IMG/VR virus record: IMGVR_UViG_3300022602_000027
DNA: 64,000 bases
Source of the DNA: a virus
Lineage: Duplodnaviria; Caudoviricetes
Strand: one strand, 5' to 3'
Made by a program: the position numbers and the translations under genes. Under the pieces are notes generated by a model that saw only the letters and a program-made list of their open reading frames with translations, did not search any database and was not told the DNA's origin. Below, one piece after another: positions 21,701 through 30,581 of the stretch (positions within the stretch are counted from its first letter, which is position 1; every line of letters starts with the position of its first letter).

Positions 21701-24404
21701 AACCAACAATATAGTATTTTTGTCCTGTAGTTATTCCGCCAAATCCTGCGTAAGTTGTTCCTATTACGTTTAAAATATTTGATGCGGCAAACATAACTGG
21801 CATTTGATCAGCCATTGAAGTTACATTGCCAACTGTAAACAAGTTTGTAACTGAACTACTAGCTGTGGCAGTTGTATTGATACTAATTGCAGGTTCTACT
21901 ATTACTCCACGTAATTCATCACCAAAAATTGCAGTATTTTCTGGAACTGAAATTGGAAGAGTTTCTGGGTAAGTTCCTGTTTTAACAAAAATTGTAATAC
22001 TTATACCAGTATTAGGTGGAGGTAAATTAGCAGTGCTTTGATTAGACAATGCACTAGTAACGTATCCCATTAATGTAGCGGCAGTGCCTGCGCCGGATAT
22101 ACCAGTAACTGCGTTAATTTCAGCTGTGGCTAAACCAGTTGTTTGATATAAAACTGGTGTTATTCCGTTAGTTACTTGATAACTAGTTGCCGGTGCTGTT
22201 TGACCAATTGCATTACTTATTAATCCAGTCAAATATGTTAGCATTGGTAGATAGTAAGGAACGTCTGCCGCTACTGCTGTACTATAAAAAATAGTTTGTT
22301 GATTATAAGCAAAGAAACTTAGTGCGGCTGCTACGGTTTGACTGTTGCCTCCGCGGCCAATATCATACGCTAGTGCATCAATAATGTATCCTGCATCACG
22401 AGATGCTTTAGTACTATTAAAAGCATATGAACTTGTGTATGGAGAAATATTATTTGTAATTTGATAGTTAGCCCATTGAATCATTTCAGCTAACATCCAT
22501 GCTTTATTAGCAACTAATAATGCTACAGTATTTGGAAATTGTGTTCCGCTAGCAATTAAATTACAAGCATACGCTATTGATTTAAATGGCTGATCCCATG
22601 TTGTTCCATACGTTGGGAGATTTTGTCCGGTTGATGAGCATACATAGTATACGTTTGGTACTGAATTTATTTTAGTCCATGTTGGTACAGCACTAGTGTC
22701 TCTTAAAACCAATGCGTTAGAAGTTCCAATTGGTAACGCTGTATAACTAGATGTAGAAGAATTATAATACTCCATATCACCTAGTGTGTTCATTGCATTT
22801 TTTCTAGCATGAGGAACATAAAATACCCAATAGGTATTACTAGTATCTGTATCTGGTCTGTTATTACCTTGTGCTCCGCCTGACGCTGAATAAGAAGCAG
22901 TATGACTTTGGATACAAACATAAGTACCATTTTGCCATACAGCAATATCGCCTACAGTATAGAACGTTCCATTTGTCCAAGTTTTAGTCCAGTAGGTTCC
23001 TGGTATTAATAAATTCCAATAAGATGGGTTAACACCAACAAACGTTACTGGTTGACTTTGAGTTAACGTTGCAGTAGAATCTGGGCCAGCACTTAATGTT
23101 GCTGTATTAAGGGTACCTGTAGTAGCAGTAGTACCGGATGTTTGACTAGCACTAACAGTCCAAGAAGTGCCTCCGCCACTAACAATAAAAACACCTGCGG
23201 CAATGTTGCCGCCTGACAACTGCATACCTACTGCAATCGTACCAGTTACTCCGCTTACGGTTAATGTAGTACCAGTAGTTGCAAAAGTTCCAGTAAATGT
23301 TGCAGTAGATGTGTTTGTAGTTACTACTGTTTGTCCTTGTGTAAATCCTACACCAGTAATATACATGCCTGGAACAACACCTGTAACGGTATTAACATTA
23401 ACAAGTGTGCCTGAACTACCATAAGTGTTATAATTAGTTGCTACTGCAAAAGATGCAGGATCTTGTGCAGAATTATTTGCAGTAACCGAATACAATCTAC
23501 CATGACGATGGACTATATCACCAACAACATAAGTTGTTAAACTTGACCATTCACCTAAAAATGCAAACCCTTGTGTAAATAATGACCAACTAGCAGGAGT
23601 AGTGCTTGGAGTATTTCCAGTGTTATTAACGGTCTTACTGATGTAAGTGTAACCACCGTACTCAATAGTATCACCTAATTGATAAGTTGATCCAGCACTC
23701 CATGGATTTGAAGGAGCATATTCTAAACCTGGCAACCATAATGACCAATTTGCAGGAGTAAATGATGCATCGGTATTATAAGTAGTACATTGATATATGT
23801 TTGCACCTTCTTTTACCAAGTCATTAATTTTATATCTAGTTCCACCTACCCATGCTCCGGTATAATTGATGTTACTATAAAATGTTTTCCATGCGCTTTG
23901 GTTAGCTTCTAGCCCTAATGCGTTAGTAGCCGCACTAGTATGGTTAGAAATACATTGATATATGATACCGCCATACTTAACAACATCGCCTAATCCGTAT
24001 ACTGTATTTGGAGCCCAAGTAATATGCCAGTTAGTAAACTGAGTGTATTCAGTCCAGTAGCTTGATTGACTAGCAAAAGCAGAAGATGTATGCTGTGTAT
24101 TACAATAGTAAAGTTGTCCACCAAAGATTGCAATATTTCCTAAACTGTATGCAGTACCAGAATTCCATGCTCCAGTAAATGTTTTACCATCAATAATTAA
24201 ATTCCATAATGGGGTACTTGCACCTGATTGAGTAACATAGTATAAGTCGTTATAAAAACTAGATGAATTACTAGTGTTAGCAATTAAGCAGACATAAGTT
24301 TTACCTTGATAGCTTACAATCGCATCTTTGATGTAGGTAGTATTAGGTTGCCACGGACCTTGCCATGTAAAACGTAATCTACCAATTTTAAATTCTGCTG
24401 CCAT
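15723..24404 (-). CDS. Giant modular virion fibre protein (2893 aa), paralog of 3874..15672
   Basis: Same domain order. Shared motifs include RPTGG.Y..LDPG.GP.D, GGRIRATNGNSSYG.YG and RLT.HDFLYIG.G...TSTDQDGNF.VGNLFGVQQ. Confidence 0.9.
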   Translation of the reverse strand: MAAEFKIGRLRFTWQGPWQPNTTYIKDAIVSYQGKTYVCLIANTSNSSSFYNDLYYVTQSGASTPLWNLIIDGKTFTGAWNSGTAYSLGNIAIFGGQLYYCNTQHTSSAFASQSSYWTEYTQFTNWHITWAPNTVYGLGDVVKYGGIIYQCISNHTSAATNALGLEANQSAWKTFYSNINYTGAWVGGTRYKINDLVKEGANIYQCTTYNTDASFTPANWSLWLPGLEYAPSNPWSAGSTYQLGDTIEYGGYTYISKTVNNTGNTPSTTPASWSLFTQGFAFLGEWSSLTTYVVGDIVHRHGRLYSVTANNSAQDPASFAVATNYNTYGSSGTLVNVNTVTGVVPGMYITGVGFTQGQTVVTTNTSTATFTGTFATTGTTLTVSGVTGTIAVGMQLSGGNIAAGVFIVSGGGTSWTVSASQTSGTTATTGTLNTATLSAGPDSTATLTQSQPVTFVGVNPSYWNLLIPGTYWTKTWTNGTFYTVGDIAVWQNGTYVCIQSHTASYSASGGAQGNNRPDTDTSNTYWVFYVPHARKNAMNTLGDMEYYNSSTSSYTALPIGTSNALVLRDTSAVPTWTKINSVPNVYYVCSSTGQNLPTYGTTWDQPFKSIAYACNLIASGTQFPNTVALLVANKAWMLAEMIQWANYQITNNISPYTSSYAFNSTKASRDAGYIIDALAYDIGRGGNSQTVAAALSFFAYNQQTIFYSTAVAADVPYYLPMLTYLTGLISNAIGQTAPATSYQVTNGITPVLYQTTGLATAEINAVTGISGAGTAATLMGYVTSALSNQSTANLPPPNTGISITIFVKTGTYPETLPISVPENTAIFGDELRGVIVEPAISINTTATASSSVTNLFTVGNVTSMADQMPVMFAASNILNVIGTTYAGFGGITTGQKYYIVGSTINTTTNQFGITSTTGTYTYLSAVNIASSGSTATFNISPTSAGGYSVVVSYAGTGYAIGDRLRITGAAVGAPTIAATAMVQGTVYTIASVGTTNFTLCGAASNLVGTSFTASAVAATGTGTVNLSVNDVNITVTTISGGGATGPITAVGNTGSTLVQLSTYTNGSMTVYAGDCLKDMFRLRNGTGLRNMTLVGLLGTLGGIDTYLIQRPTGGSYACLDPGTGPNDTTAWIFRRSPYVQNVTAFGNGCTALKIDGNLHNGGNKSIVCNDFTHIVNDGIGIWCTGPGSLTEAVSVFSYYGYAGYFAEGGGRIRATNGNSSYGVYGVIAEGYDVTETPATGNIFNQSSQVQATVQSSYGSAAQLLRLSYSNGGSSYNLPTTNMLNYSNNFLGASWVSDGNVTFAKNTTALTGNVEAWTLQGLTSGPDGSYVYQNVAVPAAGTTYTNVSAVNVSGSGTGAAFNITVTSTAYLVTVYAGGSGYVTGNQLFIAGGSLGGVNSVNDCIITVTGLTGSAILNVTATGTVPVNSALNYTVSVYVKQGTATSIDLYGIFSGSSTATSSINYNFITGTVTPSNANGGLLPTQYGAINQAISTTGSTVGWYRLWMTINDTTGLNTQLQFRLYPRGYSGTAGQYTYFYGSQLELSRSTYKPNFYLEVASTSKYTAYANYNITGSGTGVVTIGDELRSASTFQTYVVTDGNGITGGAGYLTASNSAQGGTNQYIQLSTSDTNTNANYTGLRVFINSGTGAGQYGYISYFDSRTTGATPKFAWVLKESFTSLQITSTNSGSGLFTLNTANTSTLYLNQPVQFIPTYFTTSVTSTNLAQTTVTSAVGGTSNYFVCSSTAGLTLNMGVTFSAGAGSLFSDVVTGYVYYVSAILSSTTFQISANYAGTTYALNTASGTMVLNYIANNNYLQATTTNMVVNYPIQFTGTALGGVTDSTVYYINDIIDAGDFTISTTLVTVTVTATTAGTNTLTCSSTGSLVPLNPIVFTNTVYDNVTDSTKYYISSIVNSTQFTIASSLITVPMTATANGTNLLTVSSTTGFVANQPINFVGTSWETNIISGTVYYILAINNSTTFTISQTPGGGAVTMAGGAGTMTARTCPTSFALSGTTGSMVGTSTNAVKTLTLSASGSMTATFSTSLFGNVTIGTTYYVQSIPSPTGSTFAVSTATGTVSGTSTSASPFALITKTGSMNVAAVGWDHINPGTPIQSVLDNSSLYFIEPRLSWSSPVFAQATYTSAVTLTSGINWNSMAYGNNTWMALPSSGQTAAVSNDGQTWSSITLPSSQQWTSIAYGNNYWVAIAGGAVSGSNVVAVSKANGLGWRSYTLPSTANWTNIAYGNGTFVAFATGTSTGAYSTNYGVTWSTPQTSSTLTATAFTVSAGTATLTFASQSIAPYQVGSTITLTGFSPLQTTSPTNNVNGTFTVASCSTTQVTFALTGTYTVNVLGTVTGLRPGLPTSSTWSSIAYGNNMFVAIAGTSASTAAAYSMDGITWYASTLPASTTWSSVAYGNGTFVAVSSTNNTPAYTQNGSTWYSSNISIPANVVVYGQGVWTALASGSSTAYTSEDCLQWNYQTVASQPYSNATAFGFNSTNYYGVISTLNGQNAGSVISSGTKTKGRASVASGIISGINEWEPGSGYVTGAATYVNSAPQLTVTDPNVTTNVQVLIRLANGVLSSPSFYNKGSGYNSNSTVVLVTGAGFADQYQTGLQVILNNLTRLPSPGDNLTITGVSQIYKVTSAYAVYGTSVPNLEANVSVSPAITTANATANGTLISIRTKYSQARLTNHDFLYIGSGDFVNSQYPYTSDALAYPNNQTVEANYGRVFYTSTDQDGNFKVGNLFGVQQATGIVTLSASQFGLTGLNSLSLGGISVGGSSVVITQFSTDSTFSANSDTVIPTQKSIKTYLTSRLSQGGANTFTGQLTAGTVVVGAPNFIKSTIPNGTTGSNVKMTSKIYFGQVLNAGFVNIGVDGNMAAMSFFARGGFHRNNAN

Positions 24405-24419
24405 GTTATATTTTTCCTA

Positions 24420-24800
24420 TTAAGTTGCTGACACTGTCTGCAACGCACTGTATACGTACGGTTGATTTATTTGAACTACAAGATTTCCTTGACTATCAAG
24501 GAAATAATAGCAATTTTTGCTATCCCATCGATATTGATCAAAAACTAAATTTGGATAAGGGCGTGTATGAGTAGTTGCATTTCTTCCATCAAAATAATCA
24601 ACACCGTATTCAAAATTTTCAAAGTTATTTAAACTTGATCCAGGAACGTTTAAAGGAATAGATGCTGAACTTGTAATTTGATCTACTTTATAAAAATAAA
24701 GTGTGCCGTCATCTAATCTTTGTAGTCCGTAGAAATATCTAGGATTACCTTCACCTAGTAAATCATTTGAGTTATATTCATTACCAACATAGTATGTCAT
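24420..24800 (-). CDS. Hypothetical protein (126 aa), probably virion-associated
   Basis: AGGA RBS, aromatic-rich globular sequence, in the structural operon. Confidence 0.7.
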   Translation of the reverse strand: MTYYVGNEYNSNDLLGEGNPRYFYGLQRLDDGTLYFYKVDQITSSASIPLNVPGSSLNNFENFEYGVDYFDGRNATTHTRPYPNLVFDQYRWDSKNCYYFLDSQGNLVVQINQPYVYSALQTVSAT

Positions 24801-24809
24801 AATTTATCC

Positions 24810-25610
24810 TTAGCTTATTTCAACGTAACTTAAAACAGCATCCATACTACTAGTAACGTTTGACCAAATCATTACGTTAGTACTTGCTCCTAATACTAAT
24901 CTTTCTCCGCCATTAATAACTCTTGCGCTAGTGTTTGGTGGTATTACAATATTTTGTACAAAATAAGCTGTAGTGTTTGCCACTGTGTCTTGCAGTTGTA
25001 CACTTGCAACAATAATTGTTGCAGTTATGTTTGTTAAACTTAATCCAATAGCTGTTGTTGTTGCACTAGAGTTAGTTGTTAAAATACAAGGACTAAGTGT
25101 TCCAGCTACAGTCATAGATCCAGTACCAGTACTTGCAAAAGTAATAGTTGAAGTTGTTCCTGATGTAACATAATATGTACCATTATATCCTGTAGGAGTC
25201 ATGCCAACTATGTTTACAAGAATGCCTGTTGGAAACGGTGCTACTGATTGTGTAGCAAATGTTATTGTAGCAATGTTTAAAGTGTAAGTTATGCCACTCG
25301 GAGTTCCGGTTGTTGTTACTACACCTGTACCGCCTAGTGTAGTTGACAAAGTAAATGTAGTTGATCCGTTAGTAGCAATAATATAATAAGTTGTTGGATT
25401 TGTATAACCGGTAATGGTAACGCCGCCTAGTGTTCCACTAATAGTTACTGTTTGTCCAACAGCTAAGTTAGTGTTGCTACTGCAACTAAATTGTCCGCCA
25501 ATACCTGTAACAGTTACACCGCTTAAAGTACTGCTAGCTCCAGATGCCGCTGTAGGAGTTATTTGAGTTCCTACACTTGCTAGTAATTTATTTTTAAATA
25601 GAGTTGTCAT
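24810..25610 (-). CDS. Small virion protein carrying about 150 aa of inserted modules (266 aa)
   Basis: Core MTTLFKNK..SVGT / TTTAIGLSLTN...GERLVL...LSYVEIS split by two modules found in other genes. Confidence 0.75.
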   Translation of the reverse strand: MTTLFKNKLLASVGTQITPTAASGASSTLSGVTVTGIGGQFSCSSNTNLAVGQTVTISGTLGGVTITGYTNPTTYYIIATNGSTTFTLSTTLGGTGVVTTTGTPSGITYTLNIATITFATQSVAPFPTGILVNIVGMTPTGYNGTYYVTSGTTSTITFASTGTGSMTVAGTLSPCILTTNSSATTTAIGLSLTNITATIIVASVQLQDTVANTTAYFVQNIVIPPNTSARVINGGERLVLGASTNVMIWSNVTSSMDAVLSYVEIS

Positions 25611-25613
25611 TGA

Positions 25614-26669
25614 TTATCCTAATGTCAGTGCTGTTTGTACGCCAATATCTTGAGCAGTACTTGAAGTTACACCACTGCTACTACCAGCAACACTTCCCCA
25701 GGTTGAGCCATTATAAACTTCAACATACCCTTGATCAGTATTAAATCGAATCATACCGGTTGTTTCATACAACGATGATGGGCGATTTGCTGTAGTACCT
25801 ACAGGAATTACAACTCCGTAAGTTCCATTAAATTGAAAGTAGCCGCTTCCTGTGTTAACAAATTGTGTTACGGCATTGTTAGAAGTATTTGTAAGTGTAT
25901 TTGTTGTAAATCTTAAATTACCTACTACAACACCTGCTGAACCAGTTGTATTAAAAACAACATCTGTGTTGCTATTAATGGCGCTGATACTGTTTCCAGT
26001 AATAGTTAGTCCACTAGTATTTGCAGTTGTAGCGTTAACTGTTGTAACGTTTGCTGTTGTTGATGTTAATGTGTTGGTATAGACATTTGCCCAAGTTAAA
26101 CTATTTGAACCTAATGTATATGTATTTGTTACTGATGGCAAAATATTACTATTAACTTCGCCAGTAAATGTAATAGTATCGTTGCTAGCGGCACCTAATT
26201 GAATATTTCCATCAGCCGTAATATTTCCAGTAGCATGTAAATTACCAGTTACTAGTACATTTGAATTTAGATTAATTACACCTGTACCATTAGCAGTAAA
26301 ATTAATAGCACCGCTCGCATTAGTAGATGCTAGAGTATTTCCAGTTAGACTTAAATTACCAACTAACGCTGTACCTTGATAGATAGTAGCATTTGATCCT
26401 TGTGGACTAAATGTAATTGTTGAGTTGTTAGTTGAAATTGTGCTACCTGAAAAGGTTAGCAATCCTAGTGTAGCTGACCCACTAGTGTATAAATTTGTTG
26501 TTCGGGTAGTTCCATTAACTGAGAGATCGTTCGTTGGACTAGAAGTATTAATACCCACGCGGCTATTAATAACATCTAAATAGAGAAGGTTCGTCTCGAA
26601 GGCTAAATTTTGCCCGTTGCGGAGCAAATTATCCTTTAAGAGCGGACCGGAAATTCGACCAACAGCCAT
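25614..26669 (-). CDS. Fibre-like virion protein (351 aa), GRI.GPLL family
   Basis: N-terminus GRISGPLLKDNLLRNG.NLAF; C-terminal P.GTTANRP...G.IRFN...VEVYNG..W motif typical of phage fibres. Confidence 0.75.
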   Translation of the reverse strand: MAVGRISGPLLKDNLLRNGQNLAFETNLLYLDVINSRVGINTSSPTNDLSVNGTTRTTNLYTSGSATLGLLTFSGSTISTNNSTITFSPQGSNATIYQGTALVGNLSLTGNTLASTNASGAINFTANGTGVINLNSNVLVTGNLHATGNITADGNIQLGAASNDTITFTGEVNSNILPSVTNTYTLGSNSLTWANVYTNTLTSTTANVTTVNATTANTSGLTITGNSISAINSNTDVVFNTTGSAGVVVGNLRFTTNTLTNTSNNAVTQFVNTGSGYFQFNGTYGVVIPVGTTANRPSSLYETTGMIRFNTDQGYVEVYNGSTWGSVAGSSSGVTSSTAQDIGVQTALTLG

Positions 26670-26790
26670 GAGCTCTCCTTGTACCCCCGTGTTTCACGGA
26701 TAACCACCTTTTCATCCCGTATAATTAGGGCTCTTTGCGGGTTTACCACAGTCGGATATCGTAATGCTTGGTCAAGCACTACAGTATTAG
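26670..26790 (-). promoter_or_regulatory. About 120-nt structured 5' leader of the 351-aa gene
   Basis: 9-bp hairpin at 26782-26761, CCGUG-AAA-CACGG hairpin at 26699-26687, repeated GUGGU(U/A)A, lying between TAAATA and the AAGGAG RBS. Confidence 0.5.
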
Positions 26791-26796
26791 TATTTA
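26791..26796 (-). promoter_or_regulatory. Late promoter motif TAAATA
   Basis: Intergenic, upstream of the structured leader. Confidence 0.6.
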
Positions 26797-26820
26797 GCTG
26801 TTTTGATTTTTAAGGGTTGA

Positions 26821-28818
26821 TTACCCTAAGATTAAGTCCCAAGCATACATGGTATCGTTAACTTGGCTTTGAGTTAGTACCGCTGAAGTTCCTCCTACAG
26901 GATTCCAACTTGTTCCATTATAAACTTCACTGTAGCCTAGTGTTGAATTATATCGAACTTGCCCTTGAACTGGACTTGCGGGATAGTTGCTACTTGTACC
27001 TGCTGGAAATACAACACCGTTATTTCCTGTAAATTGAATATATCCATTTCCTGTGCTACTAAATGTTACTGTAGAACTAGGAAATGTTATGGTATTAGCT
27101 GTATTAAAATAATAGTTACCATTAAAATTTAAATATCCTGTACCAGAAGTACTAAAACTAATATCACTATTAGCGGTATTAGTAATAGTATTACTATTAA
27201 AATCAATATTTCCAGCAAATAAATCTGTTACAGTTACAGTAGTTGCGGCTAATGTTGTAGCAGTATCTATAACAGAATATAAATTACTCCATGATAAATT
27301 AGGGCCACCACTGACTGATAACCCATAAGTTGCGCCAACTGCATTGTAGTTATTTGTTATCTGTGTACTATTAAGTGCAACATTGTACACACGCATAGCA
27401 TAGTATGTACCAACACAGTTATCAGTAGGACCAATTCCACTGTTAGCATGTCTTGATGCAAAATATAATCCAGTAGTAGCATATCCTCCGCTAGGCCCTG
27501 TAAATGTTTTTGTACCTAATGATGTACCATTCTGATAAACTGTTACACTTGTTCCACTTATTACAAAGTCCCATACATTTATGTTTGTAATATTGGATAC
27601 AGTAAAATTAGCTGTTCCACTAGCACTACCAACGTTCAGAGATGTTGTTGAAAGAAAATATGCAAGGTACCCTTTTCCTGCGGACCAACTGTCATTGCCC
27701 CACATTGTTGACCAAAAAGTAGTTGGGTTAAGTGATGCAATCATACTAATAGTAAATGTATTGCTAGAAATATTATACACTGTAGAAATATATGTACCAG
27801 TTTCACTACCGCTAATACTAATTCCACCACCATCGTTACTTGTGTAACTCAAGTACGAATTATTACCAGCTAATGTTCCATTATTGCTGTTACCCGAAGT
27901 ATCAGTCCAAGTTGTTCCAACTGTAGCAGTACTAGGTGCCGTAGCTAAATTAATTTGTAAACCAGTTGTAATTATTGCAGGAGCACTACCTGCACTACCT
28001 AATGTGTAAGTATTAGTAACATTAGGTAAAATATTACTATTAACTTCTGCGCCAAACGTAATTGTTTCAGCGGCATTGGCGCCAAGTGTAATATTGCCGT
28101 CCCAGGTAATGTTTCCAGTAGCGTGTAAATTACCATTAGCTGTTACTTGAACACTGCCATTACCGTTGGCAAAATTAATTAATCCAGTTGTAGTTTGTGA
28201 AAAAGAGTAACTAACTCCAGATGAAAATACACCATTAGAAATAGTTATTGTAGTTGCCCCAGCATTAACATTAGTTACTATCCAAGTTGGTTGCCCAGTT
28301 ACATACCAAGTACCGTCTGCGGTGACTTGAGTTAAATTATTAGAACCAGTAAATCCAGAAGAAAACAATCCAACGTTGGTACTTGACCCTGATACATCTT
28401 GATAACTATTGGTTGTAATTGTAGAAGTATTAGGAGTAATGTTAATACTATCATTAGTTACAGTATCACTAAATGTATTACCATAAAGATATAAATTACT
28501 TGTACTTAGACCAGGTGTTACAATGCTAGGATTACTATTTTGACTAGGACTAATTGTAATAGTTGTTAGTACTTGCTGAATTGTACTACCGCTTACTACC
28601 CAATTTTGAATATCAGCAATATTATCAACTATCAAATTAGTTGAATCAATCGCACTAGGTGCGTATAAATCGCTAACTGGTGCATTATTGTTAGTACCAA
28701 TTCGTTTATTAACTACGTCAAGGTACAGAACTTTATTGTCAAATGCTAAGTTTGATCCATTACGTAGTAAATTATTTGCTAGTAATGGACCGCCTATTCT
28801 ACCTTGTTGGACGGACAT
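26821..28818 (-). CDS. Fibre-like virion protein with an inserted LamG/ConA-like lectin domain (665 aa), paralog of 25614..26669
   Basis: Same termini as the 351-aa protein; insert has W.D.SGN.N.GTL...RVYN.AL...QI..NY motifs. Confidence 0.75.
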   Translation of the reverse strand: MSVQQGRIGGPLLANNLLRNGSNLAFDNKVLYLDVVNKRIGTNNNAPVSDLYAPSAIDSTNLIVDNIADIQNWVVSGSTIQQVLTTITISPSQNSNPSIVTPGLSTSNLYLYGNTFSDTVTNDSINITPNTSTITTNSYQDVSGSSTNVGLFSSGFTGSNNLTQVTADGTWYVTGQPTWIVTNVNAGATTITISNGVFSSGVSYSFSQTTTGLINFANGNGSVQVTANGNLHATGNITWDGNITLGANAAETITFGAEVNSNILPNVTNTYTLGSAGSAPAIITTGLQINLATAPSTATVGTTWTDTSGNSNNGTLAGNNSYLSYTSNDGGGISISGSETGTYISTVYNISSNTFTISMIASLNPTTFWSTMWGNDSWSAGKGYLAYFLSTTSLNVGSASGTANFTVSNITNINVWDFVISGTSVTVYQNGTSLGTKTFTGPSGGYATTGLYFASRHANSGIGPTDNCVGTYYAMRVYNVALNSTQITNNYNAVGATYGLSVSGGPNLSWSNLYSVIDTATTLAATTVTVTDLFAGNIDFNSNTITNTANSDISFSTSGTGYLNFNGNYYFNTANTITFPSSTVTFSSTGNGYIQFTGNNGVVFPAGTSSNYPASPVQGQVRYNSTLGYSEVYNGTSWNPVGGTSAVLTQSQVNDTMYAWDLILG

Positions 28819-28832
28819 CGTAGTCTCCTAGC

Positions 28833-30581
28833 TTAGGCGTCAAAACCTAATAGTGCTGTGACTGTTTTACCGTAAGGTACTGGACTAGTAAACTGTAGAT
28901 AGTTACCAGTATATGAAATTGTAGGTTCAGTAAGAGTTAAAGAAGTTAACACTGGAATAGTACTAGTAATAACTGCTTTACTAATAGTTACATTTAACAA
29001 TGCATCAGTTGTAGGATCTGTATTATAACTTAAAACACAAGTAGGTACAGTAAATGTTAATCCGCTTGGACTACCTGCTGTTGTAGATATACCTGTTGTT
29101 GCTCCAGGATATGATCCTAATGTAAATGTAGTAGTTCCATTAGTAGCAATAATATAGTATGTGCCGTTAGATACAACTCCTGATCCACCATTAGTACCAC
29201 TAATTGTAACTGCTTGATTAACAGCCAATGTAGTTGATGTACAACTAAATGCACCAGCGTTGCTGGTAATTGAAACTGTAGATAGTGTTGTTGAATTAGG
29301 TATGCTAGCCGATCCACTTACTACTGCGCCAAGAATATTTACAGATGGATAAATTGCTGTTCCACTAGTAACTGTTCCTGCGGTAATCATAGATCCTGTA
29401 GCCACACATGTGTAACTTACACTTGAACTTGTGCTAGCGGTTACTGTATATTTTCCATTATAGCCTGTTGGAGTAAATCCTGCAACTACAATAGTATCAC
29501 CTATAGCAAATGGATTACCAGTTTGAGAAGCAAATCCAATAGTTGCTGTTACACCTGTACCAGTAATAGTTTCACTGGCTGTTAATGCTGTTGAGCTAAC
29601 TGTATAACTTGTAGCTGTTAAAGGTACAGGACTTCCACTAGTACCACTAGCAATTGATTGGCTTTGACTTAATGTATAAGTTCCCACACCGCCTGTACCT
29701 GAGCCAAGAGCTGAGATATAAGTACCTGGAGTCATATTGCTACCAGTTACTACCATACCTATAGTAATGATGCTTGATGTAACTGCTGTAACGTTTAAAG
29801 TTGTACTGCTTGCAGTAGTATAACCTGTAAATGCCGCTGAGTTTGCGGCTACAATAGTTTGTCCAGAAATACCAGTACCACTTAGTGTCATTCCAGTAGT
29901 AGGTGCTGATCCACTTGTTACTGTTAATGTAGTACCTGTAGTTGTTGATGGACCACTACCGTTAGAAATAAAACCAGTAAATGAAACTGATCCACTGCTA
30001 CTAGTACTTGTTCCAATTAAACTTGTACTAAAAAATATTTGTGTCGATGAAACTGTTGCCGCTTGACTAACAGTTCCAATATATGCTTCGCCAGCAATCG
30101 ATGGGCTAGCAGTTACTGAATAGTTTGCTCCGGATAATTGAAGAACGTTTTCAACAACTACTAAAATATTTTGTCCACCGTACTGTCCATTTGATGCACC
30201 GCCACTTTGCGGAATATCAGTTGAGTAGTAAAGTTTATTAGGAATGTATGCTGAATTTAAAGGACCAAATAAAGTAGTTTGTCCATCACCTGCACCTAAA
30301 TTTTGTTGTATAATTGCAGTAGGTTCTTTAAATCTTAAAGGTCTCCAGTTGGCTGTTGCGCTCCCTGTTGAACCTTGATATACTTCAACTTCGTTAGTTG
30401 TTGTATTGTATCGCATTGCACCTAAGTATGTTCCGTTTCGTTGAGACGTTGTTCCGTTAGGTAGTACTAGACTTCCTAAATTAACAGGACTTACGAACAC
30501 ATTGGTATTAGACACATCTGAATAAACAGTTGTATCGTTTGGTGTTCTACGATTAATGTTTTGGCGTTTTAAATATCTCAT
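28833..30581 (-). CDS. Virion protein with multiple inserted modules (582 aa; start corrected to MRYLKRQ)
   Basis: ATG at 30581 overlaps the upstream stop (TAATG); G.MRYN....EVEVY motif plus inserted modules. Confidence 0.75.
   Translation of the reverse strand: MRYLKRQNINRRTPNDTTVYSDVSNTNVFVSPVNLGSLVLPNGTTSQRNGTYLGAMRYNTTTNEVEVYQGSTGSATANWRPLRFKEPTAIIQQNLGAGDGQTTLFGPLNSAYIPNKLYYSTDIPQSGGASNGQYGGQNILVVVENVLQLSGANYSVTASPSIAGEAYIGTVSQAATVSSTQIFFSTSLIGTSTSSSGSVSFTGFISNGSGPSTTTGTTLTVTSGSAPTTGMTLSGTGISGQTIVAANSAAFTGYTTASSTTLNVTAVTSSIITIGMVVTGSNMTPGTYISALGSGTGGVGTYTLSQSQSIASGTSGSPVPLTATSYTVSSTALTASETITGTGVTATIGFASQTGNPFAIGDTIVVAGFTPTGYNGKYTVTASTSSSVSYTCVATGSMITAGTVTSGTAIYPSVNILGAVVSGSASIPNSTTLSTVSITSNAGAFSCTSTTLAVNQAVTISGTNGGSGVVSNGTYYIIATNGTTTFTLGSYPGATTGISTTAGSPSGLTFTVPTCVLSYNTDPTTDALLNVTISKAVITSTIPVLTSLTLTEPTISYTGNYLQFTSPVPYGKTVTALLGFDA

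Noticed and set aside
26670-26790. c-di-GMP-I riboswitch
   Set aside because: Only isolated words match; the GAAA-capped stem between GGCAAACC and CGCAAAG and the receptor stem are missing
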